Shown here in pieces: positions 13,715-26,787 of a stretch of 64,000 nucleotides of DNA. Numbering within the stretch: position 1 is the stretch's first letter; every line of letters starts with the position of its first letter. Position numbers and translations under genes: made by a program. The notes under the pieces were generated by a model that was given only the letters and a program-made list of their open reading frames with translations, searched no databases and had not been told where the DNA came from. The stretch is from Hamiltosporidium tvaerminnensis FI-OER-3-3 (Eukaryota; Fungi; Microsporidia), in contig CM061251.1 of assembly GCA_022605425.2 (NCBI GenBank), positions 1 through 64,000 on the forward strand, read 5' to 3'.

Positions 13715-14902
13715 TTAAGAAACCCAAATCGTTAATTTATCCAGATAAAAACCATCTTTGGTTGTTAACACACGTAAACTATTATAGAATAATTCTCCTT
13801 TTCCTTCTTTATTCAATGCTGAATCGATAAATGTTAAAGCCATATTTCTTTTTATATGAACAAAGAGCACCCATAGGCTTATTATAACATCTATAAATAG
13901 AAAATAAAAAGTACCTATAACAACCGTTGGTAATGTTCCATTTTCTAATTTAATCTGCAACATATCAGATGAATAAAAATATTTGAATCCTGTCATAAGA
14001 GATATCAGCATTACAAATTTACCAATGGTATGTTTTTCATACCCGTAATTTTCATATAACCTATAATTTGGCTCAATTAAATTGAAAGTACTAAATTTTG
14101 TTTTAAAGCCTCCAAATATTTTTCATTTATTATAACTACCTTTTTAATATATAAATCTATGAAAAAGCGAACATATTTTCGTTAAAATTTTCATTTGGGG
14201 AAGAATAAATTTCATCGGGTTTGAACCCTAAACTTTTAAGTTCATCAATAATTTTTTTTTCCAATTCTATATCATCAAGTTTTTTTGTTGTTTTAGTAAT
14301 ATTTATTTCAATTAGTGCTCTGACGAGTATTCTGAAAAAATAAAATATTGCAAATATAATTAAAAATATAGCAAATTTAAACATACCTATACTTTCTAAT
14401 ACTTCTATTAAGTATATTACAATAAAACTAAGTATGGATAAGCTAAGGGCTTCAATAGCATAATCAGTAAGGGTTTTCAATATACTTTTTGCAGGTGAAA
14501 CAAACGAGGAATATTTTTTTTTCAATATTTCATGTGTAATTGTCTCTAATATAATATTTGTCAAATAATCAAATTTATAAAAATAAATACATAAAATATC
14601 TGTTTGAAGTAAAAATTATCTTCGAATTTTATATATTTTTCTATGGATTCATACACTTCTATAGGTAAAAGGAAAAATATAAACGCTATTATTAACAGAT
14701 ATCGAACTATATCATGGATAGAATATCCAATCAATCTTTCTAGATTATACTTTTGAAGTTGTAAAAAACTTTCATTATCTAATTCTTCCGTATTTATATC
14801 TTTATTTTTAACAGATGCAACCATAATATATTTTTGTATCAAATATAGTAGTCTTACTATTAAGCTACTGATAGCACTACCTATCCAGAAATATTTAATC
14901 AT
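13715..14902 (-). pseudogene. Fragmented STE24/CAAX prenyl protease (peptidase M48)-like gene
   Basis: Three consecutive minus-strand ORFs (14561-14902, 14157-14564, 13715-14011) with TM segments. KLDDIELEKKIIDELKSLGFKPDEIY...ENMFAF resembles STE24 PLxDGELKxxIxxLAxxxxFPxxxIxV...NAYF. Frameshifts and in-frame stops separate the pieces. Confidence 0.65.
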
Positions 14903-17039
14903 TTTTATTTATGATATGTCGATATTTATACTTTTATCCCATAAATTGACCTAATTTAAAACTAAATTGTTTTTAATTACTGGTTAATGATTAAAATAAT
15001 TTATGTTTTTTGTGTATTAAATTATCTTCATTTACCTATAATTCATATTATTGTATTTATTTATAGCTACAATTTATATCTAATACTTTTATAATTTTCT
15101 CGATTTGCACTTTCATATACTTTCGATTTATATTCAATTATCTTGATTTATATCGGTATATACCCACAATTTATATTTAATTATTTTCATTTATATTTTG
15201 TAATGTATTAAATTTATTTATACTTAACAAATCTTTATCTGTAACGGTAACATTAGAAGTTTAGCAGAAACAATTTTTATAATTGAGACTTTTAAAAATG
15301 TAAATTATCTGATTAGTACAATATTTATTGATTTGGTTCGATCAATCTAGTTCTTTAGAAAGATTTATAATTTATTATAAATTTAAATTCCGAATGTTTA
15401 TATTTACTAATATATTTGTGAGAAAAAAAACTTTAAAATTATTTTTATTTTGATTTTTTAGTTAAATATTAATTTATATATTTATTAGTTGTGAGGCTAG
15501 TCTCAGAAAACTGAATTTAACATTATATTGAATTTATTCCTCTTCTTAATTTAATTAGCTGAACTCTAATTTTTTAATCTTTTTATTTAGGTTTTTGTAA
15601 CCTTATCAAAATTTTTTTCTGTAAAAATTTTTTTGTTGTTCATATTGGCATTTTTATCAGCGGTCGAGTAATTTTCAAATAGAAATCCAAGAGTTGTTTT
15701 ATTGACATTGTTTTCCTTTTCTGTTCTATATACTTTTGGTTTTTTTACAGGTTTGTGTGATTGCCATTTTCGTTCTGTTGAGTGAAGCCTGGGATTTACT
15801 TCTATTACGTTTTCCCTTACCTAGGCATTTGTTCATCTGTGCATTTCTAAGTCTGTAAAAACAGTTTTTTTATGTAGCAGAATGTATTAGTAGATTAAAT
15901 ACTTCCATTACTTCCTTTTATTTAGATTGAAAATGTTTGAATTTATTCAGGTATAAAATTCCATGATATTATTCAAATCATAGTCGTTTTAACGGCCTAT
16001 TATTAATAGTATAAATAAATTGCCACAAAAAGATCTTTAGAAATTGATTCGCCTTAAAATTTTTTATGTATTGATAAAATTAATACAAATCAATCCCGAA
16101 CCGAGTTTCAAATCAATTCTATTTAAAAAAATAAAAAAAATCGATATCTTTCTTATGGTATACTAAAATTATTGAATACTGTTATGAACAGTAGACCAAA
16201 TATTGTTTTGACCAAATTAAATCTAGGAAAATATCATATTATACTTCCAATCACTACTATGAATTATGTAAGATTTATGAAAATATCATAGAAGCCATAT
16301 TTTTGATCGGAACAATTATTAATTTCTTTCATTTTATTAAATTTAACAATCCAAGTTGAGTAGTCGTCACCATGGCATTTTCCGATTATATAAGAATGGG
16401 AAAGTTTTAAAAGAGGAATATCAAATTCATAACTAGTTTATTTTAAAAGTAAATATTTCAGTAGAAATGCTTAATTATCAGAGTTAGCTAAAATATCGTA
16501 TTTTGATAAAATTTTTACGCGAAGAATTTAATTATTTATAAAGAATCAAATCAACTAAAAATTTTGTGAAATTATATGTAAAAAATATTTGATATTTTTT
16601 TATGAAAAATTATTTGACAAAATAAATTTCTTACTTATCTTCTCATTTGTTTTCTTGATTCAATATTAGTATTTTTTTTATAAAATACAGTTTTCATCCT
16701 CTTTGAATATTTATTGCGTTCTAAAATATAATTGGATTGAATATAAACACATAAAAATTATTCGCTTCTTAACGATCAGGCAAATTGCTGTGAAAATCAT
16801 TATTAAGAATTTGGGTGGGTTGAAAAATATATTAGATTTTCGGGTTTCCTTTGATATTTGTATATGAATAAAGTTCATTAAATTTATATAACTTTTCTGC
16901 AAAGTTACTTTATTGTTTTTCACGGGACTAATTCGAAAACCACGGGAACATGCACGTAAATTCTACATAAAAACATGGACACTCTGTTTTACTTACTTCG
17001 GTTAAAAGCTTAGCTTAAAGAGATAAAAAAATATACCCT

Positions 17040-17300
17040 TTTGAAATCCGGTAATGGTAGTACCTGTTGATATGAAATTGGAACCTATAGATGGACTTAG
17101 TGTAAATGCCAATCTACTTATGACAAATTATCTATCGATTTCGGTAAGTAAAGAGAAAGTGTGATTGCTGCCGATTCTCGCGGAGCTCGAAGTGAGGTTA
17201 GACTGCGATAACGGCGTGAAACAAAAATTAATGACCTCTAGATTATTCCTCACCATTACATAGGATCCCTACTTTTTAGATGAAAATCTTTAAAAATGGG
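17040..17300 (+). mobile_element. Possible retroviral-type integrase remnant
   Basis: Peptide scraps TYDKLSIDF, LDCDNG and SSPLH in integrase-core order; heavily decayed. Confidence 0.3.
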
Positions 17301-19254
17301 TGTCTTAAACGATAACAATGAAGTGTTATGGAATGGTTATATTATCTTAAATTGAGAACAGCGTTATATCCTTAAAAATTATTAAAATATGCCCGATTTA
17401 CCAAAAATGTATATAATGAATTAGAGTCACTTGTAATGAACCATAATAAAAATATGAAAAAATTCAATCAAAATATATTTAAACCTTTAATAATGTTTAA
17501 ATATGAATTAAGTTATCGTGGAAAGTATAATAGTAAATTTAGATGTTTTCATCATGTCTTTGTATTTAACTTGGATTTATCGGTTTCCGAAAATAGGAAA
17601 ATTCTAAGTTCTTTTTTTTGAGATCAATTAACTTATACAGGGGTATATGTTCCGTTATTTTTACAAACAAGTTCAAAATTTCTGATTAATGAATATTTTA
17701 AGCGTGAAACTCAACATGTCAAAACAAAACGACTAATAGATCTCAAAAAGCCGAAAATGTAATTCCATAGTATATTGTATTCTCATCTGTTAAAAAAAGA
17801 AAGAATCCTTTAAAAATAGATCTTTCTTGAGCAGAATTTCATCTGCAGGGTTTTTTGAAGTATTCATGACATATATATTGTATAAAGTCTGTAAGTAATA
17901 TGTTTTATAATATGTTTTATGACGTTTGAAATGGTATATCGTGTTTTTGCGACTCCCAAACATAAAATATGGATTGAGCATAAGATATCTTGTCTTTTTA
18001 GAACTTCAGCAAAATTGTTTTTTTTAAGGTTTTACTCGGCGCCATTAAGTTGATTTGGAAATCAAAATAATAGCTAATCTAAATTTATATTTGAAAATGA
18101 AGAACCGATTTATATGTTTTAAATATGTAAAAATATAATTTTTTAAAACAAATATATGTCGGTATTAAAAATATGTGGCAATGCAGAGGATTTTTACTTG
18201 AATTTTAGGCAAAAAGACTCAATAGACTGATCCCATGGGTCAAATATAGAATATTATTTTTCTTTCGATGGTATGCAGCTAACATCATGATTATATGGGC
18301 GTGCAATATTATCTAAAAAATAATGTTTTTAAGATTTATTAGGTTTATTTAGTTTTAACCGAAAAATCAAAATTTCGAATAATAAATCTTTATATTTTAA
18401 TCAATAGAATCTGCTTACATAGCCCAAAAATTCCTTATCAGTTTGGCTTTGACGAAAAATGGGGATATATTGTTTATATATGTGATATATCTCACTATGT
18501 ATAATTCAAATCTTAGATATAAGGTAAAGATGAAGGAATTATAAATTTAGTAGAATTAAGATATTGCAGAAATGTTTTTAAGCGCAGAAACCTCTATACA
18601 AATACTAAGCAAAAATTTATGCTTTTTAATTTCAAAACCATAATAAATTAAGGCTAAATACAATGAAGTCAGTAATTTACTTTCTAATGACTAGTCTGAC
18701 TCCGTGAAATTTATGTCACAAAATGTCTTCGAGGCAATCGGACCATTATTTTACAGTAAGTGACTATTAGAATATATTTACGTGCTTTTTTATGTTGTAA
18801 TTTAAATGAATTTTACCAATTTTTTTGCTTCGAGGCAATAAATGCATCATTTAGAATAAATAACTGATTTTAATAATTTAAACTCTTCATTCACGGTAGT
18901 AGTTCATAACATTACAATACAAATACTTTAACGTCTATAAACCACAAATTACCCATAATTTTCTAAATAGCAAACAATCTTAAATCAATTTCAATACCAT
19001 GTCTTCTTGAGACACAAAATAATCACACAAAGAAACAAACCAATATATTATAGGATGAAATTTTCCAAAATTTAAAAAATACTGAGAGACTACTTTCGGA
19101 ATATAAATTTAAACGCAAAATAAATCAAAATAAAATCGCATAGATAAAATGATTTCGATTATTTTTAGAATCCTTTGAATGAATTAGTTTTATTTGCTTA
19201 AAATATTTTTTTAAAGACATAATAGATTTTAAATCAAAGAATAAACATTTTTAA

Positions 19255-19791
19255 TTAATCTTCCTTTTCAACAAAAAGATTTTTTAAATCTTCAAGAAAT
19301 ATTTCATGAATCATTGCTCCATCTTTATAAAATAGTTCGTTTACCTTTTTAACATATTTCCTCGGTACTTCAATTGCATCTTTATATATTAAAAGATTAT
19401 AAGTAGCATTTTCTACATCAGTAAAACTTGAGATTTTAAAATTTTCTTCAGTACTTCCACCCATAAAAATATATTTACTACATCCTGTAATTCTAATAAT
19501 AAAATCACCAAGAAAATTTATTAGGAAGTAAGTGGTAACTCCTGCCACACATAATTGTTTATAATCCTTAAAGTCTTGATTCACAGATAAATATGCTATA
19601 ATTACTGTAATTATAACAGATATCATACCAATAAATATACGTAAGTTACTAACAAAATTACATTGTTTATATTTCATTTCATACTTAAGGAATTGATATA
19701 ATAAATCATCTAATGCCACTTTTATATCCGATAATTTGTATATTTCTGCTTTTATAGGATTTCTAGAAAATTTCTTTTTTAGTTGCTCCAT
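19255..19791 (-). CDS. SPC2: Signal peptidase complex subunit SPC25/SPCS2, 178 aa
   Basis: IYKLSDIKVALDD, NLRIFIG, two TM helices with CVAGVTTYF, C-terminal VNELFYKDG; CCCC upstream of the ATG. Confidence 0.85.
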   Translation of the reverse strand: MEQLKKKFSRNPIKAEIYKLSDIKVALDDLLYQFLKYEMKYKQCNFVSNLRIFIGMISVIITVIIAYLSVNQDFKDYKQLCVAGVTTYFLINFLGDFIIRITGCSKYIFMGGSTEENFKISSFTDVENATYNLLIYKDAIEVPRKYVKKVNELFYKDGAMIHEIFLEDLKNLFVEKED

Positions 19792-20846
19792 CTGGGGTTT
19801 CTTAAAAGTGAAATTTAAGAAAAAAAAAAATAAAGTAATTTTTAAGTAGGTTAGGTGATAATTTTTTAAATATATTGGAGAGAAATAAATTTTGAATTAT
19901 TTTTAGAAATTAAAAAAATCATTTATTTAAGATAAACAAAATCACATATTTAAATGAAATATAAAGGGTTTTTAGTATGCAGATATTTTATATAAGCAAT
20001 TAGGTGTTCGCTTTATCTATTTTGCTTTATTTAGATTTCTGTCGACGTGTATTTGATAAAATTATATATGAATTCTTTTTTATGTTTGCAGTTCTTAATA
20101 TTTATTTTTAAAATTAATATTTTTTTAAACGTTTGTATGAAACGTTTATTTTTGTCGAGTTTTACAAAAAAAGCTTTTCTTTTTAACTTATAAGATATGA
20201 TATAAATATTTTCTGGCTAATGTATTTGAAGCCTCTAAATATTATAATGTGTTGTTTTCTAACAATACCATTCTAAGTTATTTTTTTTTAATAGCTTACT
20301 CCTTCCTTATGGATGGAACGCAATCCAAGAATGAATCATAGGATTAGCCAGGTTATAGGTGTTTCAAATACATTTTTCTTTTTATTGGTTACATTGTCAG
20401 CCCAACGCAAACTTTTGGAACAAAAGATGAAGAGGGCACAAACTGGATCCCAGATTAATACTCAAGGAATTTTTCGAAATTTTTTTTGCAAATAGAGCAA
20501 AGTGTATTCAATATATGTCCTTCCCGATTATTATTTTATTTTCATAATATATTTTCCGTTAAACTGTAAGCTTGGCAACCATATTTGTTCTAAAATTTAA
20601 TTAATCGTTTAAAATGAACATATTAGATATTTTATATAAATTTAGACTCAATTTTGCATATTTTTGTTTATGAGTTTATAAAAATTATGGAAAAACTTAA
20701 AATATTGTATATAGCATTATAAAAACACAATAGATATTTATACATAATAGAACAACTAGAAGGTGCAGAAATCTAAACTAAATGAAAAGATTCTTAAGCG
20801 AATTAATTTTAACTATTTTACTAAAACCAACACACAAATCGATCTC

Positions 20847-21381
20847 TTTTTTTAAAAATGTTATATATTTTCAAAACCGTGGCTAGTATTATATTATTTC
20901 CATGAAATTAACGCGGTTCTGTATTTAATATAGATAATTACTCTCTAACACTCTATCGGTATATGTTAAGATACCTAAATTTCAAAGCCTTTTGTCTAAA
21001 CGGTGTGTAGAGCCAGATTATTTGGTGAGGAAGCTGCTCGGGTTGTTCAATGTGCCTTGCCTGGTGTGTAATCGTAGGTCGAAACCTACCCTTGGCCCCT
21101 TCAGGGCATCGCACCATTTTTGCGTATTATACATTTCCGAACCTAGTAAAATCCTGCCAAGATATATTTCGGCATTTATATGGATCTAACTAGGCAGTGC
21201 AATGTTATATCGAAAAACATAGCCTGGTACTTTACTTTTCCAGCTTTATACAGATCACATAGAAAAATCGAAAAACTAATATGGTTTTATTCCCACCAAA
21301 AATCTAAACATTGATATTCACACTAATCTCACATATAATGGCCAACCAGGTGGTTGTTTATGTAGATATCCTTATCTCACC
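20847..21381 (-). mobile_element. ~720-nt structured element, diverged internally deleted copy (copy E)
   Basis: Reverse complement aligns to 33314-33445 and then 33630-34040 (e.g. GATTTTTGGTGGGAATAAAACC, ACATTGCACTG, GAAATATATCTT, AGAACCGCGTTAAT). Confidence 0.85.
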
Positions 21382-22513
21382 TAAAAGCATACTAAAAAAC
21401 TATTTGGGAATTAAAATTTTGTTTTTTATAAATTATATTTAAATTTGATGAGGTCTTTTATTGAATTTTTTAACATACTTTTGGTTATAAATGGTTATAT
21501 TTTTTCTAGTAAAATTAATAGACACAATAAAATCAGTAATCAACTAATTTTTTTTGAAATAAAATATTTTAGGTTGTTCTGAATACAAAATTATTTGTTA
21601 AAGGGTTTTTTTTATCTTTATAACCCGTTGCTTTCGTTTATTTCCTTTAAATTTCTGCAAAATACTATCTTTTATATCTTCAAACCACTCAGCACCTATC
21701 GCATTCGAAAATATAGGTTCATTTTTAGTCTTTACATATTTTTTTCCCCCAATATTAATCCATTCTGCTTTATTTTGTCTATCTATTCTATGCCTAATAA
21801 TATCAGAAATGTATAATGGATTCGTGTATACGAATATGCAAAACATACAAAGAAAAATTACCATGATTTTGCAATCAATTGCTTATTTATAATTATAAAT
21901 TCAAATTAGTTGCAACTTAATGATAATTGTATTACTAATACTTTTGAACTAATTGCAATTTACCTTTTCCGTTCGACAAAATTTTAAGGTAATTGATATA
22001 TCATTATATTGATAACCTCAAACTTAAGATAAAATTTATAGAAAACATATGATTTAACACCAATTTTTCGATTTTTGTTGGTAAAACATTCGATTCTTCA
22101 AACTATCATCAAATTGTTTAACATACCTGACTAGAATAAATGCGTCATGATTTATCTTTTGTACAAAATGTTTGCTTATAAAATGTTCAACATGAAAATT
22201 TAACTAGAATATTTCTTAATTTTATTTTCTTGTTTACTAATAGTGCTTTTTAGATGTTTAAAAACCAAAGTTTTCGCTGATTTTTTATGAAAAAAATCTT
22301 GCTCTTAATATTTAATTTTCAACAGTATGTTAAGTATTATATGCGATTCGATATCATTGATATTTTAATATTAATCCGATTTATAAAGAACAACGATTTA
22401 CCTAATTCATTCTCTTTTATCTCTCGATGTCGAGGATGAACATATGAAAGTTTACCATTTGCTTCTTTTATTTCGTTTTGATGCAGGAGTATAGGGGATG
22501 GGCCTATAGATCT

Positions 22514-22613
22514 AGTGGTTTATATCCCGAAAAAATGGCAACCATGAATTTCACACCAATTCTACGCACTTATTGCCAACCAGATCGTTTTTAATGTGGT
22601 TATTCTCTCTACC
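22514..22613 (-). mobile_element. 5' ~100-nt fragment of the structured element (copy F)
   Basis: Minus strand GGTAGAGAGAATAACCACATTAAAAACGATCTGGTTGGCAATAAGTGCGTAGAATTGGTGTGAAAT...ATAAACCAC aligns to 33314-33413. Confidence 0.8.
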
Positions 22614-22704
22614 TTATGAAGAACAAAACATTAAATGATTCAATATCTATAAAAATTGATTTTTATTTATTATTTAAATTTAAAATATATTTCATACCTT
22701 TTTG

Positions 22705-22799
22705 AGTCTGATTTAGAAAAAGAAACAACAGTGGTAAAAGAGTTAGAAGAATATGTATAAAAATGGTACAAATATTTTAACCCAGAATCTTATTAAAAA
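22705..22799 (+). mobile_element. 95-bp 5'-truncated insertion of the RLE non-LTR retrotransposon with 16-bp TSD
   Basis: Encodes (E)SDLEKETTVVKELEE, matching the C-terminus ESDLEEETTVVKQVEE of the 46100 ORF, then AATATTTTAACCCAGAAT as in that copy's 3' UTR. Flanked by ATTTCATACCTTTTTG at 22689-22704 and 22800-22815. Confidence 0.9.
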
Positions 22800-22910
22800 A
22801 TTTCATACCTTTTTGTATACTGATGAAAAATCATATGATATCAAATATTTGAATTTTCTTTACAAATTGCATAATATTAAAAACATTTAAGATTATATTT
22901 TTTTTATACT

Positions 22911-24515
22911 CCCACTCTTCTTGAAAGAATAGGTATTTATACATAGTTTGGAGTAATAGAAGATAGCAGAAGAATTCCAACAAGTAAGTCGTTTGAGGAA
23001 TTACAGACTAAACTTATAGCCCGAGTAGAAAGACTTTGTCACATGAGATTAAATGGAGGAAATTAAATATAGTCCTCAATCAAAATGTGATTTCTTTACT
23101 AAACTATCATATAGATACACTCGACTAGAACTGGCTCACTTCTTTAAGTTAGATGATGCAGTGCTTGCGGTGTTTTTAAAGAACAAAATACATATTTGCC
23201 CAAGATGTAAATACCCTCTATACTTTTCTCGTAAAAAACTTGGAAGAGGTTTTTATAGTGTCGAGTTTAAAAGCGAAAATATGCTTTTGCAAGTCTTGGA
23301 TTGTTGGGAAGAACAAAAAGATACATCAGCTAGAAGAGCAGAAATCCTAAAGGCTGTGAATAATAATAAAACTCACTTTTCTCTAATTAAAAACTTGTAA
23401 AAAATAAAATACGGTTTAGAAGAGAAAGTCACAAAGATCAAATTGCAAGAAGCTCAAGTAGCAAACATATATAACAAAATCAAAAAGCGAAAACGACATT
23501 CGAAGTTATATAAGCTCGAAATAACGAGCTAGTAGATGTAAATGACTCCTCAAGATAGTTAAAGAAAGGGTGTGTAAGACACGTGATGATGTAGTGTTCT
23601 GTTATATCCAAGATAGAAGTGTATTATATGGTGTAGAAGGTATAAGTCAACACTGCAACCGGTCTAAGAAAAAAGTAGACCACTTAGCAATGAGATGTTA
23701 AAAATGCTTGGTCATGACTATACTAGATGACACAATGAAGTGGTACGATGTATACATTTACTATTTCATAATAAATATAATTTTGAGTCTTTAAAACGAA
23801 TTAAAAGCCAGTCAGTTCAAGAAATTATTGATAAAGAGTATGCAGAGATAAGAGTGGACACCAGAACAAAAACCGATGTTAAGATTCGGGGTAATAGACC
23901 CGATATAATTATTTTAGACAAGAGACAGACTAAGATATCACTCATCGAAATAAGAATCACATCCCAAGAATCTCTTCAAATAGTTGAAACAGAGAAGCTT
24001 AAGAAGTATGACCTATGTGCAAATGAGTTAGATCTTATTTATAAATGTAGTGTAGAGATAATTCCTTATGTGATGACCTGAGACGGTATTGTGACAAAAT
24101 ACCATAAGACGTATGTTAAGAGACTGCAAATACCCATGAATGTAGAGGCATATATACAATCAATAGTACCAAGAAGACAGTCGAAACAATTTCTTTTGAT
24201 CGACGAAGAGGACTTGAGTCTAGACCAAATGCCGAAGAGAGCTGGGAGAGAGCATCATAAGGTGCTATTGAAGGGGCTGAGATGCATAAACAACCAACAC
24301 CCCTTTTAAAGCAAGTAGACAACGAGAAAGATGGTGTTTAAACGGAAAATACAAAAAATATTGTACCCCTTAATATGGATGCATAAACACAGCTAAGGAA
24401 CCAAAAACTAATACAAATGAAGGGTTGGAGTTGGAGGAAGAGCAAGAAGTGGTTGAAATGGTGGAAAAAAAATATATAAAAGAGAAAAAATTGTAAACCC
24501 TGAATTTAATTAAAT
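22911..24515 (+). mobile_element. 5'-truncated, decayed copy of the RLE non-LTR retrotransposon
   Basis: ORF pieces 23053-23400 and 23740-24081 are homologous to 46100-47950 (KLDDAV, EYAEIRVDTR, RPDI, VETEKLKKYDL); many stops and frameshifts. Confidence 0.93.
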
Positions 24516-25537
24516 GTTATAGGGTTGTTTGACACTTAATTATATTTTTCATTTTCTTTTTGTTGGAATCAAAAAGAAATTTTTACACATTTTTGTATAA
24601 AATTACAGTAAATTTAATATTTTGCTGGTCAAAAAGCATTTTCAAAATGAACAATAATTCAAATCAAATATTTATTTCTTGTTTTTTTTGACTTGTAAAT
24701 ATATTTTTAGAAATTGTTTAAATTTAAAAAATTTAACTCTCAAAGGCACACTAGATAGATATTTTTCGTCATATTAGTCACCGAACATTTTTTTAAACTC
24801 CTGGCTATAATTATCTAAAAATTTGTACAAAAACTTTTGTAGATTATTATAATATTAGATAAATTCTCGATTTATTGCTTCGCATTGTTTATAATATATT
24901 ATATCAGTGGTTTTAGATATTTCAATTTTATTTAAACATAAATGATATTCTATATAAATTTCTTTAAATCATCTTTTTCTTTTACAAATATTTTATATTC
25001 GAATACTAATATAACAAACCAGTGTTTCTATTTCGTTGAAATAAAAAGTTAAGCTGAAATAAAAAAATAAAATATTAAACTAATCAGTAATTATTAAATT
25101 TACCAATATAGATTTTTATATTTTTATTGGTAACCGTTATTTCAAAATCCTCTGTTCATATTCAATCCTTCTTTGTGAAAAAAATTCAAATATTTAAAAA
25201 TTTAGAGTCAGTAAATCAATCACAAATTTAAAATTACAATAAATAAAGTTTAAATATAATTTTCTTAAGATTATAAAAAGGTTACAAAGTTTGATCGAAG
25301 AAAAGATGTTTTTTTTTTAAAAATTGTAAAAAAAATTAGAAAGACTACCAAATTTAGAAAAAGTAAAAAAAATAGAAATATCAAAAACCTAAAAAATATT
25401 AGAAAAGTAAAATATTGATCAAAGTAAACCTCGAAACCAGGATGTAAAGAGAACCAGAATATGTAATAAAACTTATGAAATGTTGTTTTATTAATATATT
25501 CAGCATACAACAGAGCTCCTTTATTCTTTAAATATAT

Positions 25538-26278
25538 TTAGCCCATCCCATACGTATTTCCCCTTTTATTAAAAATTTCGTCTTTCAATTCATCTAATCT
25601 TCTTAATTCTTCTAAATTTTCTTCCTCCCCGCTCTCGCTATCATTTTTCTGTATTTCCTTTTGATTTTCACTATTTTCTCTCATTCTTAAAATTTCTCTA
25701 TCCGCAAACTCATCCAAATCCATCGTAGGTTTATTTCTATTAACCATAACACTACTCCTTTTTCCTCTTTCATCTACTCTTATAATATTTATTTCTTTAT
25801 TTTGAAATTCCTCCTTTTCTTCCTTCAATGCTTTAATAATTTCTCTTTCATGTAAAAGAAAATAAATTTCTTCAAATGCTAAAATATACAAATATTTAAG
25901 AACAGAAAAAATATATTCTCTATTGTCCCATAGTCGTTGTATTTCTCTAAATTCTTTTTTAAAATTATACAAAAATAATTTTTGATCTCTCGTTATTCTT
26001 TGTTTAACCGTATTTTCTTTAATTTTTATTAAAGATTTATTAATTATTCTATAATATTCTACTTCTTCACAATACCTTTTGTAAAATTCTATACATTCTT
26101 CTTTATCCGTATCACTTATCAAATATCCCTGTATAAAATATATTGACATACATAGCAATGCATTGTCACTCATTTCTTCTACACTTTCGTTCAAAGAATA
26201 GTTCCTTTCTAAGTTCATTTTTATTGAAATTACCTTTTCTTTATTTAGTATTTTTTCTAAAATATTTGATATTTCCAT
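25538..26278 (-). CDS. TAP42: TAP42/alpha4 (IGBP1)-like PP2A regulator, 246 aa
   Basis: YSLNESVEEMS near the N-terminus, TRDQK, KPTMDLDEFADRE and terminal RRLDELKDEIFNKRGNTYGMG match TAP42-family motifs (FSxNExxEExST; PTMxxxE; RxxDxxKD...GN). Confidence 0.8.
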   Translation of the reverse strand: MEISNILEKILNKEKVISIKMNLERNYSLNESVEEMSDNALLCMSIYFIQGYLISDTDKEECIEFYKRYCEEVEYYRIINKSLIKIKENTVKQRITRDQKLFLYNFKKEFREIQRLWDNREYIFSVLKYLYILAFEEIYFLLHEREIIKALKEEKEEFQNKEINIIRVDERGKRSSVMVNRNKPTMDLDEFADREILRMRENSENQKEIQKNDSESGEEENLEELRRLDELKDEIFNKRGNTYGMG

Positions 26279-26637
26279 TTTAAATCGTGGGCTTTCTTTC
26301 TTTTTTTTTATATTTTTTTATGTTTTTTTATATTCGTTTATATCGTTTAAAATTTTCCTTTTTGTATTTTTTTTAATTCGTTTATATGAGTTTCTGATAG
26401 AAAAATTGGTTTTTTTATTTATTTTTGCCGGTACAAACTTTTATGAAGTGACGTATCAAAATGTATTTAAATATTTAATTTGTTAATTTTTTTAATACAA
26501 CTTAAACATTTTAAAATATATTTATATTCTTATTTGTAGTTTGTCTTAGGAGGTTTTAAGTTTTCATTTCTATTCAATCAATTATATTTATTTTATATTT
26601 ATTTATTATATATTTGTAAGTTTAAGATTACATTTGT

Positions 26638-26787
26638 AAATTTCTAAGTTTTTAATTTCTAAGTTTCTAATTTATATGTTTTACTAAGTTTCTAAGTTTT
26701 TCTAATTTATATGTTTTTCTAAATTTCTAAGTTTCAAATTTATATGTTTTTCTAGGTTTCTAAGTTTTTCTAATTTATATGTTTTTC
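26638..26787. repeat. AT-rich minisatellite of TTTCTAAG / TTTCTAATTTATATG units
   Basis: About four ~35-bp imperfect units visible directly. Confidence 0.75.

Noticed and set aside
21598-21864. 88-aa minus-strand ORF between element copies E and F
   Set aside because: No recognisable motif or start context; cannot link it to the element.
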